Positions 1 through 10,066 of a stretch of DNA of 64,000 nucleotides are shown in pieces; positions within the stretch are counted from its first letter, which is position 1, and every line of letters begins with the position of its first letter. Under the pieces are notes generated by a model. It did no database searches and had not been told where the DNA came from. It saw nothing but the letters and a program-made list of their open reading frames with translations. The position numbers and the translations under genes are program-made. The stretch is from Candidatus Marinacidobacterium sp. (lineage in GTDB: Bacteria; Acidobacteriota; Vicinamibacteria; Marinacidobacterales; Marinacidobacteraceae). The stretch is from assembly GCA_965220965.1 (NCBI GenBank), contig OZ244852.1:384001-448000 (forward strand), given 5' to 3'.

Positions 1-1343
1 TCGACGGTCACGGCTTCCACCTGCTCCCGCCACCGGGACCAGTAGGCGTGATCGCGGCCGAGGAACGCGTCGGTGGCGAAGATGGAGGCCCGGGCGCCGG
101 CGCTCTCGAACCGGCGCGGGAAGCTGTCCACCAGCGCCCGGCGGGCGAGTTCCAGCTCCGCTTCGGAGACCGGTTCGTCCCGGATCCGGTTGAGCTCCTC
201 GAACGCGATGACCGCGGCGAGCGCGACGGTCGGGCTCTTCGACTGATAGCCCACCGAATAGCCGCTCGGCCCCACCGGGTCGAAGCGGAAGCGGCCGCCG
301 GCGCCGTAGGCGAGGCCCTCATCCGAGCGGATCCGCTGCATGATCCGGGATGTGAATCCGCTCGCGCCCAGAATGTGGTCCATGACCTGGATCGCGGCGC
401 GCTCCGGGTTCTCCCAGTCGTCCCACCGGGGCGCCAGGCTGCCGATGCGCACCTTGCCCTGGGGGATGTCCTTCTCCAGGTGGTAGACGCCGGGCTCGGG
501 GCTCGCCGGCTCGCTTTCGGGAGGCCACGCGAACGCCGGCGCGGCGCCCGCCTCGGGCCACTCGGCAAGCTTCGCCTCCAGAGTGCTCAGGATCTCCCCG
601 GTGTCCACATCGCCGGACACCGCGAACACCATGTGTTCGGGCCGCCAGTAGCTTTGGTGGAACTCCCGGAGGTCGTCGGTGGTGATCGCGTCGAGGTGCG
701 CGGTGGTCATCCGCCGGCCGCGATAGTGCCCCTCGCCGTAGAGGAGCAGGCTCCATTCGCGGGCCAGCATCCCGTCGGCGTCATCGTTCCGCTGCTTCAG
801 ATCCTCGAGGATGTTCTCCTTGCGGATCCCGAAACGGGTCTCGTCGAACCGGGGTCGCCGCAGCACGTCGAAGAAGAGATCGAGGCTGTCGGAGAACACC
901 GGAGTGATCGTCCGGAGCGAGGCGGTCGCCTGGGTGTCCCCGGAGTTCGTGGAGATCCGGGCGGCGAGGAACTCGATCCGCTCGTCCAGCTCCTCCGGAC
1001 CCCGGTCCCCGGCGCCGCCATCGCGCATCATGACCGCGGTCAGCGAGGAGAGCCCCACCTGATCCGCCGGATCCAGGAAGCCTCCGATGCGCAGCGTCGC
1101 CTGGATCCGGATCAGCGGCAGGGTGTGGTCCTCGACCACGATGACCGGCGTCCCGTTCGCGAGCTGGTGGTGGACTTCGGTCCCGTCCGGCACATCGAAC
1201 ACGAAGTCCGGGAAGACGAGCTCCTCGGGACGGTCGGGGATCGCCCCGTCCTGCGCCGCCGCGGCCGGGGCCGTAAGCGTGGCGACGAGCAGGATCCGGC
1301 CGAGGCCTGCGCGCCGGGGAACGGGAGCGCCGTTGCGCGTCAT
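1..1343 (-). CDS. M16 (pitrilysin/insulinase) family peptidase, non-catalytic-type subunit; truncated by the window start
   Basis: Not in the ORF track; read manually. ATG overlaps the upstream stop (ATGA at 1340-1343). Signal peptide, then LANG.PVIVVEDHTLPLI and a C-terminal ILGASGFTSRIMQRIRSDEGLAY motif (M16 R/Y pair). No HxxEH at the expected position. Confidence 0.85.
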   Translation of the reverse strand, partial: MTRNGAPVPRRAGLGRILLVATLTAPAAAAQDGAIPDRPEELVFPDFVFDVPDGTEVHHQLANGTPVIVVEDHTLPLIRIQATLRIGGFLDPADQVGLSSLTAVMMRDGGAGDRGPEELDERIEFLAARISTNSGDTQATASLRTITPVFSDSLDLFFDVLRRPRFDETRFGIRKENILEDLKQRNDDADGMLAREWSLLLYGEGHYRGRRMTTAHLDAITTDDLREFHQSYWRPEHMVFAVSGDVDTGEILSTLEAKLAEWPEAGAAPAFAWPPESEPASPEPGVYHLEKDIPQGKVRIGSLAPRWDDWENPERAAIQVMDHILGASGFTSRIMQRIRSDEGLAYGAGGRFRFDPVGPSGYSVGYQSKSPTVALAAVIAFEELNRIRDEPVSEAELELARRALVDSFPRRFESAGARASIFATDAFLGRDHAYWSRWREQVEAVTV

Positions 1344-3178
1344 GGGTTGGCTCCTTCGGGGCCGGGGGCGGCCCCGCCGCTGTCCGCCGCCGAATCCGGC
1401 GGGGGTTCGAGTTCGGCGATCCGGTCCCGGATCACCTGTTCCACGTACTCCAGCGCGCCCGACATTTCCGGCGGCGCCTGGGATCGCATCGCGGAGAACT
1501 GGGCCAGCGCCTGTTCGAGCGCGGCCCGGTCGGTGGACTCCCGGATCTGACGGATCTGCGCCATGACCTGGCTTCGGACGGCGTCGGGCAGGGCCGCCAG
1601 TTCGGTCGGGACCGGCTCCGCCGAAGTCCCCTCCGTGCGGAAATAGTGAGCCACCGCCCGGTTCGTTTCGGTGAAGTACTCCCGGGCGACGCGCTGGACA
1701 TCCTCGGCGGTGACCGCCAGCGTCGCGTCGGCCCACTCGTTCATGTACTCCCAGCTTCCCAGCGAGTCGTAGACGAGGAGCTGGAGCAGGAGGAAGAACC
1801 CGCTGTCGAGCTGTTCCCAGGCCGTGGCGCTCGCCTGGTTCTTGACCTTCTGGATCTCCTCTTCGGGAATGGGCTCCTCCGCGAGGCGCCGCAGCTCCCG
1901 GTGGATCGCCGCTTCCAGCTCCGCCGGCGCGGCCTCTCCGCGGGACTCGGCGGTCACCTGGAAGTAGCCCGCCCACTTGCGGTTGTCGTGGAAGGCGGAG
2001 GCGGAGCTGGCGATCTCGTCGCCGAGCACCATGCTCCGGTAGAGCCGCCCGGTGCGCCCGTTGAGGAGTCCGGCGAGCACATCCAGCGCGTACTGGTCTT
2101 CGTGCCGGAAGGCCACGGTGTGGAACCGGATCGCGACCTGCGGCTGGCAGTCGCAGCGCGCCGTCATGCGCTTCTCGGCGTTCTGCTCCATCTCGAGCGT
2201 CACGACATCGGGCGCCTCGCGGCCGGCCTCGAGCCGCCCGAAGTAGCGCTCGGCCAGCGCCTTCGCTTCGTCCAGATCGAAGTTGCCCACGAGCGCGCCC
2301 GTCAGATTGCCGGGGGCGTAGTAGGTGTCGTAGAAGTCCTCGGCCTGCTCCAGGGTGTACACCCGAAGGTCGGAGGGCCATCCGATGACCGGCCATGAAT
2401 AGGGGTGCGACTGCCAGAACATCGCTTCGAACGCCTCGTCGAACTCCCCGGTCGGAGTGGACTCGGTGCGCAGCCGGCGCTCCTCGTGGACAACGTCGCG
2501 CTCGGCGTAGAACTCCCGGAAGACCGGGCGGAGGAGGCGTTCGGACTCCATCCAGAACCAGAGTTCCAGCCGGTTCTGCGGGACGGTGATGAAGTAGACC
2601 GTCTGGTCGTGGGAGGTGAACGCGTTCATCCCGGTGGCGCCGGCTTCGGTGTAGATCCGGTCGAACTCGTCCTTCACCATGAGGGACCGCTGTTCCTCCA
2701 CCAGTTCGTCGAAGCGGGCGCGCAGATCCAGCAATTCGGGAGGGAGATCCTCCTCGCCGAAGGGGTCCTCGATCCTGCCCAGCCGCGCGTCGCGGCGCCG
2801 GTCCCGGTAGATCGCCCGGACGCGCTCCTGGATCGCCTCCTGCTCCTCGATGATGGCCTGGTCCCGCTCGGCGTCGGTCGTTCCCACCGTGGGCGTGCCC
2901 TTGAACATCATGTGTTCGAAAAAGTGGCTCATCCCGGTGATCCCGGGTCGCTCGTTCGACGATCCCACGTGCGCGGCCCACCCGGCGGAGACCGTGGTCA
3001 TCTCCGGGCGGACCACCGCGAGGAAGCGCATTCCGTTCTCCAGTTGGAACTCCTGGACCGGAACGCGCGACTGGGCGGCGGCGGGGGAGAGCGCGGGCAG
3101 CGCGAAGCCCAACCAGGCGAGGGCGGCGCGCCGCGCAAAGCGTGAGGGCCGGCGGCCCCCGAGCGGGTGTCGGGACAT
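1340..3178 (-). CDS. M16 family zinc peptidase, catalytic subunit, exported
   Basis: Signal peptide, LENGM, GSSNE..GITGMSHFFEHMMFKGT (inverted HxxEH zinc motif), NAFTS, ERDVVHEERR. Confidence 0.92.
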   Translation of the reverse strand: MSRHPLGGRRPSRFARRAALAWLGFALPALSPAAAQSRVPVQEFQLENGMRFLAVVRPEMTTVSAGWAAHVGSSNERPGITGMSHFFEHMMFKGTPTVGTTDAERDQAIIEEQEAIQERVRAIYRDRRRDARLGRIEDPFGEEDLPPELLDLRARFDELVEEQRSLMVKDEFDRIYTEAGATGMNAFTSHDQTVYFITVPQNRLELWFWMESERLLRPVFREFYAERDVVHEERRLRTESTPTGEFDEAFEAMFWQSHPYSWPVIGWPSDLRVYTLEQAEDFYDTYYAPGNLTGALVGNFDLDEAKALAERYFGRLEAGREAPDVVTLEMEQNAEKRMTARCDCQPQVAIRFHTVAFRHEDQYALDVLAGLLNGRTGRLYRSMVLGDEIASSASAFHDNRKWAGYFQVTAESRGEAAPAELEAAIHRELRRLAEEPIPEEEIQKVKNQASATAWEQLDSGFFLLLQLLVYDSLGSWEYMNEWADATLAVTAEDVQRVAREYFTETNRAVAHYFRTEGTSAEPVPTELAALPDAVRSQVMAQIRQIRESTDRAALEQALAQFSAMRSQAPPEMSGALEYVEQVIRDRIAELEPPPDSAADSGGAAPGPEGANP

Positions 3179-3355
3179 GGAAGGCATGGTAGCGAAACGA
3201 TTTTGGCCGGGACTCGCCGGACGCCGCGCGTCCCGCGCCCGCGCCGGCCGATCGGGGCGCCCTGCTACGATGGAGAGTTGCCCCAGTTCCCGGGTCGATC
3301 GTCCGGGACGGCCTTGCCTTTCGGTCAAGGCGCGGGCGCGCGAGGTTTCGTTCTC

Positions 3356-5110
3356 ATGAGTATCCAGCCCGGGGGCCTTGTTCGCCGCCGATTCCTCACC
3401 GCCGCCACCAGCGCGTTCGTTGCGCTGGCGACGGCGTTCGCCCCGCTGGCGGAAGCTCGCAGCACTCCGGTGCGCGCCCGCCACGGCATGGTGGTCTCCC
3501 AGAGCCACATCGCCTCCGAGGTCGGGGCGGTGATCCTCCGCGAAGGGGGGAACGCGGTGGACGCCGCGGTGGCGACCGCCTTCGCGCTCGCGGTGACCCA
3601 CCCCACCGCCGGGAACATCGGCGGCGGCGGATTCCTCGTCTTCCGGTCGGCGAACGGCGAGGCGGTGGCCTACGACTTCCGCGAAATGGCGCCCGCGGCC
3701 GCGACTCCGGAAATGTGGCTCGACGAGAACGGCGAGTACAGCTTCCAGATCCACCACCTGAGCCACAAGGCGGTGGGTGTGCCGGGCACCGTGGCCGGCC
3801 TGAGGCTCGCCTGGGAGCAGCAGGGGAGCCTTCCCTGGGAACGGCTCGTGCGGCCGGCGGTGGAACTGGCGCGCGACGGGTTCGTGGTGTCGCACGGGCT
3901 CGCCGCCTCGCTCGCCCGGGTCCTCGACCGGATGCAGCCGTACCCCGCCTCCGTCGCGCAGTTCTCCAAGGGCGGCGTCCCCTACGAAGCGGGCGAAGTC
4001 CTGCGCCAGCCGGACCTCGCCGGGAGCCTCGAGCGCATTCTGGAGAATGGCGCCGACGGGTTCTACCGGGGCGAGACCGCGGAGCTGCTCGTCCGGGAGA
4101 TGGAGGCCGGAGGCGGCCTGATCACCATGGAGGACCTCGCGAACTACCGCGCCATCGTGCGCGATCCGATCCGCGGCGAGTACCGCGGCTACGAGATCCT
4201 GTCCATGCCGCCGCCGAGCTCCGGCGGGGTCGTGATGGTCCAGATGCTGAACATTCTGGAGGGGTTCGACCTCGCCGGGAACGGATTCGGCTCGGCGCTC
4301 AACATGCATCTCATGGCGGAGGCGATGCGGCGGGCGTATTCGGACCGCGCCCTCCATCTCGGGGACCCGGATTTCAACCCCGCCATGCCGATCGGGCGGC
4401 TCACCTCCAAGGCGTACGCCGACGAGCTGCGGCGCACCATCGATGAGGACCGGGCCTCGGTCTCCTCGCCTTCGAGTTTCGAATGGACATCCGAGAGCGG
4501 CGAGACGACGCACTTTTCCGTCGTGGACCGCGACCGCAACGCGGTATCGCTTACCTACACGCTCGAGTTCGGCTACGGATCGGGGATCGTCGTCCCCGGC
4601 GGCGGCTTCCTCCTGAACAACGAGATGGGCGACTTCAACGGCGCCCCCGGGCTCACCGATGAGCGCGGCCTGATCGGCACCGACCCGAATCTGGCGGAGG
4701 GCGGCAAGCGGATGCTCTCGAGCATGTCCCCGACGATCGTCACCCGCGACGGCAACCTCTTCATGGTGACCGGCACGCCGGGGGGGCGCACGATCATCAA
4801 CACCGTCATGCAGACGATCCTGAACGTGGTGGATCACGGGATGAACGCCCAGGAGGCGGTCGACGCCGGCCGCATGCACCACCAGTGGCTGCCGGACCGG
4901 ATCAACTACGAGCGGCAGAAGTTCTCGCCGGACTCGCTGCGGCTGCTCGAGGCCCGGGGTCACACCCTGAACGAGATCGCGGCGCAGGGCGCCGCCGAAG
5001 TCATCGTGGTCACCGAAGACGGGACGCTCGAGGGCGGCGTGGACCAGCGTCCTCCCGACGGCGGCGCCGGGGTGCACGACGATCTCGTCCCGGCGGGCGG
5101 GAGCAACTGA
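3356..5110 (+). CDS. ggt: gamma-glutamyltransferase with twin-arginine-like signal
   Basis: GGNAVDAA, GNIGGGGF, DFRE.AP, ETTHFSVVD (nucleophile Thr), LNNEMGDF, SSMSPT, GTPGG; N-terminal RRRFL. Confidence 0.96.
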   Translation: MSIQPGGLVRRRFLTAATSAFVALATAFAPLAEARSTPVRARHGMVVSQSHIASEVGAVILREGGNAVDAAVATAFALAVTHPTAGNIGGGGFLVFRSANGEAVAYDFREMAPAAATPEMWLDENGEYSFQIHHLSHKAVGVPGTVAGLRLAWEQQGSLPWERLVRPAVELARDGFVVSHGLAASLARVLDRMQPYPASVAQFSKGGVPYEAGEVLRQPDLAGSLERILENGADGFYRGETAELLVREMEAGGGLITMEDLANYRAIVRDPIRGEYRGYEILSMPPPSSGGVVMVQMLNILEGFDLAGNGFGSALNMHLMAEAMRRAYSDRALHLGDPDFNPAMPIGRLTSKAYADELRRTIDEDRASVSSPSSFEWTSESGETTHFSVVDRDRNAVSLTYTLEFGYGSGIVVPGGGFLLNNEMGDFNGAPGLTDERGLIGTDPNLAEGGKRMLSSMSPTIVTRDGNLFMVTGTPGGRTIINTVMQTILNVVDHGMNAQEAVDAGRMHHQWLPDRINYERQKFSPDSLRLLEARGHTLNEIAAQGAAEVIVVTEDGTLEGGVDQRPPDGGAGVHDDLVPAGGSN

Positions 5111-5145
5111 TGGATCGGGGCGGCCCCGCCCAAAGGAGACTCACC

Positions 5146-5691
5146 ATGTCCCGGAACCCTGGAGTGGCCTTCGCCGCCTCCGCGGCTGTTCTCTTTGGCG
5201 GCCTCACCGTCGCCGCGGCGCAGGAGTCCGGCCTCGAGGAGGTCTACAACTTCGTTCGGATCGGGGACCGGCTCGCGACCTCCGGCCAGATCACCAACGA
5301 CGAGGTGACGGCGGTGGGAGCCGCCGGTTTCGACGTCGTCGTGAACCTGGCCCCGGCGCGCGAAGACCGCAACTTCGAGGAGGGTTTCCGGGTCGCCGAG
5401 ACCGGGATGACCTACGTCCAGATCCCGGTGGACTGGCGGGATCCGTCACTCCGCGATCTCGAGCTCTTCTTCGACGTCATGGACGCCAACCGCGACCGGC
5501 AGGTCTACGTGCACTGTTTCGCCAACATGCGGGTCTCGGTCTTCGTCTATCTCTACCGCACGCTGCGCGAAGGCGTTTCCGAGGACGAGGCGTGGGCCGA
5601 TGTCCTCAAGGTCTGGGACCCGGGCTCCGACCCGGAGACCGCCCAGTGGCCGCGGTTCATCACCGAGGCGCGACGCCACTTCGGCGGCTGA
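5146..5691 (+). CDS. secreted PTP-like / DUF442-type phosphatase or sulfurtransferase domain protein
   Basis: AAGGAG RBS, signal peptide, LATSGQ, VVNL, HCFANMR (C-x4-R active loop). Confidence 0.8.
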   Translation: MSRNPGVAFAASAAVLFGGLTVAAAQESGLEEVYNFVRIGDRLATSGQITNDEVTAVGAAGFDVVVNLAPAREDRNFEEGFRVAETGMTYVQIPVDWRDPSLRDLELFFDVMDANRDRQVYVHCFANMRVSVFVYLYRTLREGVSEDEAWADVLKVWDPGSDPETAQWPRFITEARRHFGG

Positions 5692-5713
5692 CGGGGCCGT
5701 CGCCGCCGGGCTG

Positions 5714-6721
5714 CTAGCGCGAGGGGGCGGACCGGTCTCCCCCGCGGAGCGCCCTTTCGTCTTCCGAAAGCCGGTCCAGGTCGGACACGACCAGCGTGCC
5801 GAGACCTTCCGGAGTAAAGACCTCGAGGAGCAGGCTGTCCGGCCCGGCGGGCAGCAAGTGGGCGCGCGCCACCCCTCCTTCGAGGGCCCGGCGGATGCAG
5901 TCCGCTTTCGGCAACATCCCGCCCCGAACGCCGCCCGCCCGCTCCATCCGCTCCAGATCGGCGAGATCGAGGAAGGACACCAGCGAGTCCCGGTCATCCG
6001 GGTCGGTAAGCAGGCCGGGGACGTCCCCGACCAGCACCAGTTTCTCGGCGCCGAGCGCGACCGCGAGCGCTGACGCCACCGTGTCCGCGTTGATGTTCAG
6101 CAGGGTCCCCGCCTCGTCCGCCGAGATCGGGCTGATCACCGGGAGGGCGCCGGTGTCCAGCAGCCGTCCGAGGAGGCTGGTGTCCACTGCGTCGATGTCG
6201 CCGACGAAGCCGTAGTCCACGGTTCTGGGGGCGTCGCCTTCGCGCACCTCGACCGGGGGTCGGCGGTGGGCGCGGATGAGCCCGGCGTCCACCCCGGAGA
6301 GGCCGATCGCCGGAAGCTCCAGATCACGGCAGGCGGCGAGGATCTGGGTGTTGATTTCGCCGTTCAGGACCATGGTCGCCACCCGAAGGGCCTGCTGGTC
6401 CGTCACCCGGCGGCCTCCGACGAACTCGGCGCTGACCCCGAGCGCTCGGGACAGTTCGGTGGACTGCGGTCCCCCGCCGTGGACGAGCACGATCCGGATC
6501 CCGAGCTGGAACAGGAGCGCCACCTGTTCCACGAGGGCGTAGAGGTCGTCCCGGTGGGCCAGGGTGGCGCCCCCGGTCTTGATGACGAAGGTCTTGCCCC
6601 GGAACTTCCGGACGTACGGGGCGGCGTGCTTCAGCGCCCGGACGCGGACGCTTCGCGACGCGCTCCCGTCCGCGCCGGGGACGGCGCGCCCCCGGGAGGA
6701 ATGCGGTTCGCGGGTCGTCAT
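5714..6721 (-). CDS. argB: acetylglutamate kinase
   Basis: VIKTGG, VHGGGPQ, GRRVTD, DYGFVG, NINAD, GGMLPK; ATGA overlap with the upstream gene. Confidence 0.95.
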   Translation of the reverse strand: MTTREPHSSRGRAVPGADGSASRSVRVRALKHAAPYVRKFRGKTFVIKTGGATLAHRDDLYALVEQVALLFQLGIRIVLVHGGGPQSTELSRALGVSAEFVGGRRVTDQQALRVATMVLNGEINTQILAACRDLELPAIGLSGVDAGLIRAHRRPPVEVREGDAPRTVDYGFVGDIDAVDTSLLGRLLDTGALPVISPISADEAGTLLNINADTVASALAVALGAEKLVLVGDVPGLLTDPDDRDSLVSFLDLADLERMERAGGVRGGMLPKADCIRRALEGGVARAHLLPAGPDSLLLEVFTPEGLGTLVVSDLDRLSEDERALRGGDRSAPSR

Positions 6722-7791
6722 CGCAGCATTGTGTAAAGCGCGGCCATTTGCGCCCACATCCGGTTTTCGGCCTGCCGGACCACCTCGCTGCGCTTCCCGT
6801 CGAGCACCTCGGCGCGCACGACGACTCCCCGGCGCACCGGGAGGCAGTGGAGGAAGCGGCAGTCGGACGACGCGTTCGGGAACCAGTCCTCCGCGACTGT
6901 CCAGTCGGGGAGACCGGCGCGAAGCTCCCGCTCCGCCTCCGGATCGCCGTAGTGACGCGTCGAACTCCAGGACTTGGCGTAGAGGATGTCCGCGCCCTCC
7001 ATCGCCTCGATCCGGTCGGTCGTCTCGCGGACGGCGCCGCCGCTCAGGTCCGCCAAGCGGCGGGCCTCCGCCATGACCGGCGCCGGGAGTTCGTAGCCCT
7101 CCGGGCGGAGCACGGTCACCTCCATCCCCCGGAGCGCCGCCATGCGCAGCGTGTCAGAAGGCACCGCGAGGGGCAGGGCCCGGGGATGCTGCGCCCACGA
7201 CAGCACGAGCCGGCCCGCCCGGGCCGGCGTCCCGGTGGCCGCGCCCGGAACGCCCAGGTCGTCGAGCGTGAGCCAGTCGCCGAGCGCCTGGCACGGATGG
7301 CGGACGGCCGACTCCAGGTTCAGGAACGGCCCCGGACAGAGCTTCCGGATCGTCTCGAAGCGGGTGTCGGCGAGATCCTCGTCGAGGTCGCTCAGCCGGG
7401 CGAACGCCCGGACCCCGAGGGCGTCGCCATAGGAGGCGAGCACCGGAAGCGCCTCCTGGATGTTCTCGGCCGCCTCCCCGTCCATGACGGCCCGGGGATC
7501 GAACTCGAGCTTGTGGATGAACCGGTCGGGAGCGATCACGAAGCTCCCCCCGCCGAGCCGGGTCATGGCCGCCTGGAAGGACGCCTGGGTGCGCAGCGAG
7601 GGCGACAGGAACAGGAGCGCGAGCACCTTGCCTTCAAGGGCGCGCGGTTCGGGCCGGGCGCGGAGAAGCTTCGCGATCGCGACCAGCTCCCGAACGCCCT
7701 CCGTCCCGAGGTCCTCGAGGCGGTGGATCTCGCGGAGCTCTCCGGAAGCGCCGGGCCGCGAGCCACCGCCGCTCACCAGGCGCGGCCTCAC
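6718..7791 (-). CDS. argF: N-acyl (acetyl/succinyl)-ornithine carbamoyltransferase
   Basis: SLRT, VMDGEAAENI, HPCQ, W.QHPRALP.AV, YAKSW, HCLPVRR, QAENR; GTGA overlap with the argD stop. Confidence 0.9.
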   Translation of the reverse strand: MRPRLVSGGGSRPGASGELREIHRLEDLGTEGVRELVAIAKLLRARPEPRALEGKVLALLFLSPSLRTQASFQAAMTRLGGGSFVIAPDRFIHKLEFDPRAVMDGEAAENIQEALPVLASYGDALGVRAFARLSDLDEDLADTRFETIRKLCPGPFLNLESAVRHPCQALGDWLTLDDLGVPGAATGTPARAGRLVLSWAQHPRALPLAVPSDTLRMAALRGMEVTVLRPEGYELPAPVMAEARRLADLSGGAVRETTDRIEAMEGADILYAKSWSSTRHYGDPEAERELRAGLPDWTVAEDWFPNASSDCRFLHCLPVRRGVVVRAEVLDGKRSEVVRQAENRMWAQMAALYTMLR

Positions 7792-8927
7792 AGGGCGGCC
7801 AGCGCGGCGGTCAGCGAGCTCACTTCCTCGTCGAGGAGCGTCAGCGGAGGCATGAGGCGGAGCACGGCGGGATCCGAGGAGGTCCCGGCGAAGACGCCGT
7901 GCTCCAGCAGGGCGTTCCGGACCTCGCGCGCCGGGCGCGAACAGACGAGGCCCAGCAGGAAGCCGCGCCCCCGCACCCGGGTCACCGGTCCCACCGCGGC
8001 TTCGCTGCGAATCCGGTCGGAGAGGCGACGAACCCGTTCGAGCAGGTTCTCCTCGCGAATCACCCGGATCACGGTCGAGACGAGGGCGGCCGCGAGCGGA
8101 CCGCCGCCGAAGGTGGTTCCGAGCGCGCCCACCGGCAGGGCGCCGGCCAGTTCGGACGAGGCGAGCACCGCCCCGACCGGGTATCCCGCGCCGAGCGCCT
8201 TGGCGGTGGTCAGCAGGTCGGGGCGCACGCCGGACCACTCGCAAGCGAACGGCTTTCCGCTGCGCCCCATGCCGCACTGGACCTCGTCGAAGACGAGCAG
8301 CGCCCCGGCCCGGTCACAGGCCTCCCGCGCCGCCTTCAGGAAGTCGTCGGAGAGCGCGACCGCGCCGGCCATTCCCTGGACCGGCTCGAGGATCAGCGCC
8401 GCCACCGAGTCATCGATGGCTTCGGCGAGCCCGGCGGCGTCTTCCGGCGCGACCCGGCGGACATCGAACGGGGCCTGCGGGAACTGGTACCACTTCGCCG
8501 AGCCGTCGGTCACCGCCGCCGCGGCCGCGGTGCGCCCATGAAAGCCCCCGGAGATCGCCACCACCGTCGCCCGCCCGGGCCGCGCCCGGAAGGCCAGCCG
8601 GAGAGCGTTCTCGTTCGCTTCGGCGCCGCTGTTCACGAAGAACACCTGGTCGAGCCCTTCGGGCGCGAACCCGGCGAGCGCTTCGCCCGCCGCGGCCCGC
8701 TCCCGGTTGGGAACGGCATTGGTCTGGAAGATCAGGCGGCCGCCGACCTCCTGCAGGCAGGCGGTCACCGCCGGGTGGCCGTAGCCGAGGCCGCAGACCG
8801 CGTGCCCGCCGTAGAAGTCGATGTACTCGCGCCCGTCCGCCGCGCGGATGCGCGCGCCGGCGCCGGCGACCGGCTCGAAGGGAAGCTGGGCGTAGACCGG
8901 GAAGAGGTGCGGGGATTCGGCGGGCAT
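7788..8927 (-). CDS. argD: acetylornithine/succinylornithine aminotransferase (class III PLP)
   Basis: DFYGGHAV..LGYGHP, NSGAEANE, FHGRT, EPVQG, DEVQCG, TAKALG, TFGG. Confidence 0.92.
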   Translation of the reverse strand: MPAESPHLFPVYAQLPFEPVAGAGARIRAADGREYIDFYGGHAVCGLGYGHPAVTACLQEVGGRLIFQTNAVPNRERAAAGEALAGFAPEGLDQVFFVNSGAEANENALRLAFRARPGRATVVAISGGFHGRTAAAAAVTDGSAKWYQFPQAPFDVRRVAPEDAAGLAEAIDDSVAALILEPVQGMAGAVALSDDFLKAAREACDRAGALLVFDEVQCGMGRSGKPFACEWSGVRPDLLTTAKALGAGYPVGAVLASSELAGALPVGALGTTFGGGPLAAALVSTVIRVIREENLLERVRRLSDRIRSEAAVGPVTRVRGRGFLLGLVCSRPAREVRNALLEHGVFAGTSSDPAVLRLMPPLTLLDEEVSSLTAALAAL

Positions 8928-8944
8928 TGGACTCCTTGAGGCCC

Positions 8945-10066
8945 TCAGAGCCAGCCGGGGGAGGGGGCGTCCAGCCCGGTTTCCTCGGGAAGGCCGAGCA
9001 GCCGGTTCATCCACTGGACGCCGCCGCTCGCGGCGCCCTTGCCGAGGTTGTCGAGGACGGCGAAAGCCACGACGGTCTCGCCGTCGGTTCGCGCCCCGAC
9101 GACCGCCGCCGCCGAACCCACGGTGTCCTTGAGCCGCGGCGCGCCGTCCACCCGGACGAGCGGGGCGTTGTCGTAATACGCGGCATAGATCGCGCCCAGC
9201 TCCTCGTCGTCCATCGGGGTGACGGGGGTGGCGAACACCGTCGCGTGGATCCCGCGGGCGAAGGGGCCGGAATGGGGGACGAAACGAACCCGGGGCCGCT
9301 CCCCGCCCGGCGGCCGGAGGAGGTCTTCCATCTCGGGCGCGTGCCGGTGGGTCAGGGGCTTGTAGGCGAACAGGTTCGCGTGGCGGAGGGGGTGGTGGGT
9401 CGTGGGTTTCGGGGCGCCGCCCGAACCGGTGCTCCCGGTGATGGCGGCGGCGTGCACATCGGGGGCGGCCCGCCCTGCCCGCACGAGGGGAGCGGCGGCG
9501 AGCGCCACCGCGGTGGCGAAGCACCCGGGGTGTCCCACCCGCCCGCCGTCGTCGCGGCCGATCCCGTGATCGAGTTCGGGGAGGCCGCACCGGAACGTGG
9601 GCAGGAGATGCGGCGCCGGATGGGGGATCCGGTAGATCCGCTCGAAGGTCTCCGGGTCGGGATGCCGGAAGTCCGCGGAGAGATCCACCACCGGAACGCG
9701 GACCCCCTCCGCGTCCGCCGCCTCGAGCAGCGCGGCGATCTGGGGAGCGGAGGCGGTGTGGGGGGCTGCCGAGAAGGCGGCGAGCCGGGGAAACTCGCGG
9801 GCGCCGCGGCGGAGGAGCTCCGGGACCGCGGCGGGTTCCGCGAAGCGCGCTCCCTCAACGGCGGGCCCGAGGTGCGGGAAGGGTCCGGCGACCGGCTGCC
9901 CCGCGTGGCTCTTCGACACCGCCCCGAGCAGCCGCATCCGGGGATGGCCCAGGATCCAGCGCAGAAGCTCACCGGCCACATAACCGGACGCGCCGAGGAC
10001 GACGACCCCGACCGGGTCGTTCGCCGCCGGGTTGGTCACGCCGGCGGGCGTGCCCGTTGCGCTCAT
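8945..10066 (-). CDS. argC: N-acetyl-gamma-glutamyl-phosphate reductase
   Basis: GASGY, DLSADFR, PGCFAT, GSTGSG, HRHAPE, DNLGKGA. Confidence 0.96.
   Translation of the reverse strand: MSATGTPAGVTNPAANDPVGVVVLGASGYVAGELLRWILGHPRMRLLGAVSKSHAGQPVAGPFPHLGPAVEGARFAEPAAVPELLRRGAREFPRLAAFSAAPHTASAPQIAALLEAADAEGVRVPVVDLSADFRHPDPETFERIYRIPHPAPHLLPTFRCGLPELDHGIGRDDGGRVGHPGCFATAVALAAAPLVRAGRAAPDVHAAAITGSTGSGGAPKPTTHHPLRHANLFAYKPLTHRHAPEMEDLLRPPGGERPRVRFVPHSGPFARGIHATVFATPVTPMDDEELGAIYAAYYDNAPLVRVDGAPRLKDTVGSAAAVVGARTDGETVVAFAVLDNLGKGAASGGVQWMNRLLGLPEETGLDAPSPGWL

Noticed and set aside
1340-5077. 1245-aa M16 ORF as listed in the track
   Set aside because: The N-terminal half is the antisense of ggt; the real start is near 3178
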